The notes under the pieces were generated by a model. It was not told the origin of the DNA. It worked only from the letters and a program-made list of their open reading frames with translations, and did not search any database. Positions 59,266 to 63,104 of a stretch of DNA of 63,104 nucleotides are shown here, piece after piece (position 1 is the first letter of the stretch; each line of letters opens with the position of its first letter). The position numbers were made by a program, and so were the translations under genes. Source of the DNA: Chara braunii (Eukaryota; Plantae; Charophyceae); assembly GCA_003427395.1 (NCBI GenBank), contig BFEA01000017.1:328017-391120 (forward strand), read 5' to 3'.

Positions 59266-59590
59266 TTACCTGAAAGCTAACAGTGACGCATGAATGTTCA
59301 GCGGCAGTTCTTTTGTGATCCTCTGCGTGTAAGACGCGTCCACAGTCTCCCGTAGGGGGTGTCTGTCAGTCTGAGAGCAGTTGGCCAGGGCAGTTGGGTT
59401 CACGACCTCGCCGACATTGTACATCAGATTCTCCTCTTTCCTTTGCCGTCTGATTCGATAAGTAAGGCGGCCGAATGTCGGCAATGCCAAGTCATAGTGG
59501 TAGACATAGACTACAAAAGGCGCTCCATATTATGTATGGAAAGAGGACCAAACTTCATCGAAGGTGTGTCTTTCCTCAAAGGTGCATCAG
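59266..59590 (-). other. Possible degraded exon of an unidentified gene
   Basis: Protein-like translation (LALPTFGRLTYRIRRQ...SYTQRITKELPLNIHASLLAF) ending at a CAG|GTAA donor; no family recognised. Confidence 0.3.
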
Positions 59591-59592
59591 TG

Positions 59593-59676
<84 letters not shown>

Positions 59677-60184
59677 ATTCAGGAGTAGCGTGTGGCGTTT
59701 CTTCTCACCCTTCCTTCCTCACTCAATTATCCCAGGCCTCCTCCCTGCTCCCTCCTACTTTCTTCCTCCCTCCTTCCCCTCCACATCCCTAGTTACTGTA
59801 GCCTATCTCCTTGTCCTTGATTCCTGGGACAGCTCTCCCAGCTGGGTCCACCTTGACTCAATCCCTCGGTGTACCATCCCATCCCATATTAGGGGGAAAT
59901 TCAATGAGAGATTCAACATGTATGGTTGGCAATTTGACAAGCCGGTGTTGAGGGCCCACCTGCAATGATTCAAAATCCTTCTTGTCAAGATTCGTCCCGC
60001 TGCATGATGATCTCCTCGGTCATAAGTTAAACGGCGCTGCTGCAATGACTCCGCTACTATCATGTTGTTCTGTTCATGCCCATCTCTCTCCATCAACATC
60101 AGGCTTGAACTTTCTTCACATCCACTGCCAGCAATCCATGGGTGCATGCACCTTCACATAGTACTCTGTCTTCAGCTACTTGAC

Positions 60185-60225
60185 TGCTACTACGAGTATT
60201 CCTACTACCACTACCACTACTACTA

Positions 60226-60283
<58 letters not shown>

Positions 60284-60381
60284 AACAGTACCTCGCGCAG
60301 TGACCGCTGCTGCTGCTGCTGCTACTACTACTACTACTACTACAGTACCTAGTGCAGTGACCGCTGCTGCTGCTGCTGCTA

Positions 60382-60415
<34 letters not shown>

Positions 60416-60456
60416 AACAGTACCTAGCGCAGTGACCGCTGCTGCTGCTGCTGCTG

Positions 60457-60511
<55 letters not shown>

Positions 60512-60590
60512 AAATACTTCGAATACTACAAATACTTCGAATAGTACTACTGCCTCAGAGTGTGCAATTGGTAATGCTACTGCTGCTGAT
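60185..60590. repeat. (ACT)n/(GCT)n trinucleotide repeats with a ~60-bp higher-order unit
   Basis: acagtacct.g.gcagtgaccgctgctgct occurs three times between ACT runs. Confidence 0.93.
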
Positions 60591-61094
60591 GGAGTTGTTG
60601 TCTAAACCAACCAGAATCTGATCCCAACTGCAGTGCAGACATGAAAGGTCTGGGAAGGTCTGATCATCGCAATATGATGGAAAGAGTTCCTCGGCAAAGT
60701 CATTGGGTCCCCACATATGACAGTTGATGATTGTTGTTGTTGTCAACTTACCTGAGGACAATGGCAGCAACAGGGGCAACGGCAACAACAGTCACTGTGG
60801 CAGAAGGAGCGTTTGCTGCTGTGCGCCGGCCAAAAGAGGCCATTGGCAAGCCATGCTTTGAGAATCAGTGCAACAGGGCCGTATTCTGCAGTCTGCCTGC
60901 TGTATGAGGCTGACAAACTCGAGGAGGATCTCTCCAACAGGCCTGTGTACTATCTGATCGGATTGAACAATCTGATGTGAGACCAGCAGTGCTGAAAGGC
61001 CGACTGAAAATGCACCACAAACAAAACCCCGATGTTGATTAAAATTTTGGATCCCACCTCGTGATCTTAATAGAGCAGCCGGCGGCCCAATCAT

Positions 61095-61182
<88 letters not shown>

Positions 61183-63104
61183 CCTGCCATAAATGCAGTC
61201 ACACACAATGCCATCCAAATCCCACATTATGCCCTTGGGTCCTTTATGGCGTTTTTGACACTCCACCACTCGCCAGAAGTGCAAAATGGGAATGAATCTT
61301 CCACTAGAACGCAGGAAGATACACTGGCATACGTTTTGTCTTTTGTGCATGTGGTGGGTAGTGGAGTAGTGGACCAGCGCGGCAGTGGGCCTCGTTCCAC
61401 CACTCCACATATACAAAAGACAAAAAATATGGTGATGTATATTTCCATGTTCTAGCAGAATATTCATTTTCATTTTGCACATTTGGAGAACAGTGTAGCG
61501 AGGCCAAGTGTGCACTTCTCTACGAACATTCTTTTTTTTTTTTTTTTTTTTTTTCGGATAAATTTATGAGAAAACCAATTCTATTTATTCAAGAAGAGAG
61601 GCAGGGCCCAGGAATACACCCCAACAAAATAACCCCGTACTCGAAACATGCTCGGGCCTTCACCCCGCTATAGGCTTCTGGAACTGGGTCCAATGTCCCT
61701 CAGAGTCTACGAAAGAATCTCCAAAAAACGAAAGCTTCATGGAAAAAAAAGGCCTCAACAGGCAAATCCTCTAATATTTCTCTCTGCAGGGACTCTACCT
61801 CAAAGGAGCCAACATCACCTTTCTGGACGTCTGGGTTACGGAGGGGAGCTAAAAGCTTAAAACGCTTTCCATGACCCGTTGCAGAGAGTAGCCAGGGCCA
61901 GAAGCATAGCCTGCCTTCTGCAGTAATCTTCACCTAATCTGGACTCTCTCCCCCATGTTTCCCAGAACCACTTTCAGATCTGTGTTTTGCATTACTACAT
62001 CAGATTCTATCTGCCTTAAGAATCCAGTCACTTGGAATCGTCAGTAGAATCTGCTGCGTAATTGTATTATTGACAGCAGGGTCTGTCAGTGAGATGAATT
62101 TACTCTTAAACAGTTGATTGTTTCTATCATCCCAGATTACCTTCATAGTGATCGCCCTGATGCCTGGGCTATATACAACCAGTCTCTTTCCTTGGGGTGC
62201 ATGTGTTCATGGACACCATTCAGTATCCAATCATCAGACCGATCAAAATTCGTATTTGAGATCATGTCCCAGTTTCATGCTGATTCGAGCTCATGCCTCG
62301 TGTCTTTTGCCATGCATCGGACTGCTATGTGCTTGTATTCCAACAAAAGCGAAGTGGCGGCCCCCAAAGCTGAAACTTCTCAGCCACGCCGTGGCCCACA
62401 GGTACCGCCTCCCTTCGCTGGACTAAGTTTCCCTGGGCCCGGAAAATGTGTGATGCGAGGACCGCTTTACGCTTTAGGAGGATGTAGATTATTTCTGGCA
62501 GTCCGGTAGATGGGTTTGGGGAGGAGAGCTCTACTCTGCAGGGGCATCACAAGGTGGGAAGTGTATGTCCTGGAGGGGGTGGGAGCAGATTTGGGGGTTT
62601 GCTCTGATCCGGGCCTGGGGGAGATGTTTGGATTGGCATCATTTTCCAGCGGGGGCAGATAAGGCCAAGGGGTAGACAGAGGCATGCTTTGGGAGGGAGT
62701 AGGATGCCTTTGTGAGAACAGGGAAGGGGGGGGAGTGTGTCTGTCCAAGCTGGGGCTGAGGAGTGTCTGGAATTAGACAGTCCTTTTTGGTGGAGGCAGC
62801 GCAGGGACAGGGGAGAGGGAGGGAGGGGGAGAAACTTTCTTCTATTTTCTGCAATCTTCTAAAACTGAATGAATTCTTCTGCAAATCATTAGCATCTTCA
62901 AATTACTGCAGAAATTGCGTACCAGATAGCAGCGACGTTTTTTGCTGATCCAATGCCGCACAAAGCTGTGATGATTAGGGTTCCTGGTTGGCTGACGCCA
63001 GGGTTGTCAGGCGGGGGCCCCCGGGGGCAAAGCCGGGGTAGGGGTTTAACCCCCGGACCCCCGCTGCCGGGGTGCCCCACCCCCGCCCACCCCAAAACAC
63101 CCCC

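Noticed and set aside
60180-60605. Mucin-like Thr/Ala-rich protein
   Set aside because: Trinucleotide repeat open in several frames, with no signal peptide or gene context.
59600-62950. Multi-exon host gene on the minus strand
   Set aside because: Some donor-like sites (e.g. ~60750), but no consistent frame or recognisable domain; cannot be supported.

Overview
Repeat-dense eukaryotic nuclear scaffold with several N-gaps. The element types and an organellar nad6 fragment suggest a streptophyte alga such as Chara; this is inference. No intact host gene is visible. From left to right: (1) a Penelope-like RT relic; (2) a decayed, internally deleted Ty3/gypsy LTR retrotransposon on the minus strand, with a complete 1,295-bp LTR at 5849-7143; (3) a ~24-kb nest of L1/Tx1-like LINEs and SINE-like derivatives. 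These share a structured 3'-end motif (hairpin plus covarying pseudoknot), and one LINE is 5'-inverted with a 17-bp TSD. The nest also holds a nad6 NUMT and a Nextera junction-adapter artefact; (4) two oppositely oriented (CTACT)n satellites enclosing ~7 kb of non-coding DNA, which contains a 7-unit array of hairpins with a near-invariant 19-nt core and unit-specific complementary stems; (5) a long decayed reading frame combining a ParB/DGQHR-like domain, a degenerate beta-class amino-DNA-methyltransferase-like fold and an acidic linker, followed by a spliced Ulp1/C48 protease and a cluster of short repeats, probably transposon cargo; (6) a CCHC coiled-coil ORF fragment with a structured, repeated leader, then low-complexity DNA. 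The best candidates for something new are the hairpin array (37590-38235), the ParB-MTase-like/Ulp1 locus (47153-55380) and the LINE 3'-end pseudoknot. All domain calls were made by eye; no database was searched.
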